Assembly (NCBI GenBank): GCA_965369865.1 | Contig: CBDURU010000040.1 | Coordinates: 1-25,653, forward strand | Source of the DNA: an uncultured bacterium | GTDB lineage: Bacteria > JAJVIF01 > JAPKYR01 | Direction: 5' to 3' | Length of the DNA stretch: 25,653 nucleotides | Shown: in pieces, positions 25,594-25,653 of the stretch | Numbering within the stretch: the stretch's first letter is position 1 | Layout of the letters: the number at the start of each line of letters is the position of its first letter | Made by a program: the position numbers and the translations under genes | The notes under the pieces: model-generated | Told to the model about the DNA's origin: nothing | What the model saw: only the letters and a program-made list of their open reading frames with translations | Database searches by the model: none

Positions 25594-25653
25594 TTTGTAA
25601 CCACTAGTGTCCGGTAAAAAGTGAATGACTTGAAGAGCCCCGCCTCATCGGAT

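Overview
Chromosomal window from a bacterium, probably an anaerobe with many acidic exported proteins; lineage cannot be assigned from sequence alone. In order: hypothetical gene, LarA-family racemase, PaaI thioesterase, small lipoprotein, then an Azoarcus-type (Bzd) ATP-dependent class I benzoyl-CoA reductase cluster (bzdN, bzdO, a single-chain bzdP-bzdQ fusion, ferredoxin bzdM), an intervening Thr-type sulfatase-family lipoprotein and a BzdV-like Fe-S flavoprotein. Next is an AT-rich two-gene cassette (SDH/ClpP-fold serine protease with a C-terminal Zn ribbon plus a coupled 63-aa acidic protein), a pseudopilin-like lipoprotein, degP/htrA and a class A PBP. An AT-rich intergenic region follows with DnaA boxes and DnaA-trios (oriC-like, no dnaA nearby), then a small membrane protein / xerD / degenerate PNP-like operon, a large exported protein and a PQQ-like beta-propeller lipoprotein. 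Intergenic regions carry several dispersed palindromic repeat families: GTAG REP/REPIN-like units, a 98-bp double-hairpin element with compensatory changes, and GGGGACA/TGTCCCC palindromes. No rRNA, tRNA or CRISPR array was seen. All family assignments come from motif recognition, not database searches.
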